Shown here piece by piece: positions 63,446 through 64,000 of a stretch of 64,000 nucleotides of DNA. Source of the stretch: Strigamia acuminata (lineage: Eukaryota); assembly GCA_949358305.1 (NCBI GenBank), contig OX442314.1, forward strand, positions 15,252,001 through 15,316,000, in the 5' to 3' direction. The notes beneath the pieces were generated by a model. It saw only the letters and a list, made by a program, of their open reading frames with translations, had not been told where the DNA came from and did no database searches. The translations under genes were made by a program, and so were the position numbers. Position 1 is the stretch's first letter. Each line of letters opens with the position of its first letter.

Positions 63446-64000
63446 ATGAGAACTGTAAGTTTACAAGATCAGTCACTTGAATGTTTTAAAACGATGATAT
63501 TAAAATGGCAACCATCTGGAGACAGTTATATAGATATAATATTTGTTTCCAACTATCTACAACTGCTTTGTAAGTGGTCAACAAATTAATAGATAGTTTT
63601 GTGTAAGAATGGGAGTAATTTCACAGCTAAAGATCTTCGAGATCAACTATTTTCTGCTCTACTTTTACACTGTCAATATTGTGATGAAATACGAGAGAAA
63701 AATACTGTTCAATCAGGACATGTTGCCGCTTTCATAAGAGACAGCCAAAATCCAGAAGAACTTGTACTAAAGTTTGAAAATGCAGCTTTCGAATTCCAGT
63801 TGTTGCTAGATATTTGTGGTTACAAGCTTACTGTAAGTTATTAACGTTATTTTAAAGTATTTATAAGCTTAGTTTACCGAATGTCTAATGTTAAGAATAT
63901 TTTTAATTTTTAGAACATTTGGAGTCTCCAACTTCCGTTTTACAGTGAACTGTCGGTGAATCAATGTGCGAGAATGTGCCGCCTAATCCCGAATTTATCT
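63446..64000 (+). CDS. LRR protein, paralog 3, 5' part, truncated by window edge
   Basis: Exons 63446-63569, 63627-63832 and 63914 onward: MRTVSLQDQSLECF...YLQLL|SKDLRDQL...GHVAAF...FENAAFEFQLLLDICGYKLT|NIWSLQLPFYSELSVNQCARMCRLIPNL. Same intron phases as paralog 1. Confidence 0.78.

Overview
Eukaryotic, AT-rich animal genomic DNA with many short introns (mostly about 55-65 nt). It is probably a non-dipteran arthropod, inferred from a DH44-type neuropeptide precursor, an arthropod-style CMC1 N-terminus and retention of TALPID3. The ORF track fragments most genes, so I assembled spliced models by hand. Left half (ancient conserved genes): WDHD1/Ctf4 5' end (-) head-to-head with SOCS4/5 (+), TALPID3/KIAA0586 (-), IRF2BP (-) inside about 20 kb of non-coding DNA dense in CRE, E-box and RFX X-box motifs, TIM9 (+), and a Rab32/38-like GTPase with His at the catalytic Gln (-). 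WDHD1-SOCS4 and KIAA0586-TIMM9 are also neighbours in human, suggesting a preserved regulatory block. Right half: a secreted neprilysin-like peptidase (-), a degenerate repeat/MITE interval, an intronless BTB-BACK-Kelch-like gene (-), a CRF-like diuretic hormone precursor (+), Rpn11/PSMD14 (-), CMC1 (+), PI31/PSMF1 (+, with a GC-AG intron and a perfect 31-bp inverted repeat upstream), and a tandem array of at least three diverged BC-box/Cul2-box LRR genes (+). Best candidates for undescribed biology: the putative CRL2 LRR receptor array, the TALPID3-IRF2BP-TIM9 block with its CRE/X-box landscape and orphan first exon, and the structured elements between CMC1 and PI31. No tRNA, rRNA or CRISPR was seen. 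All homology calls come from recalled family motifs, not database searches.
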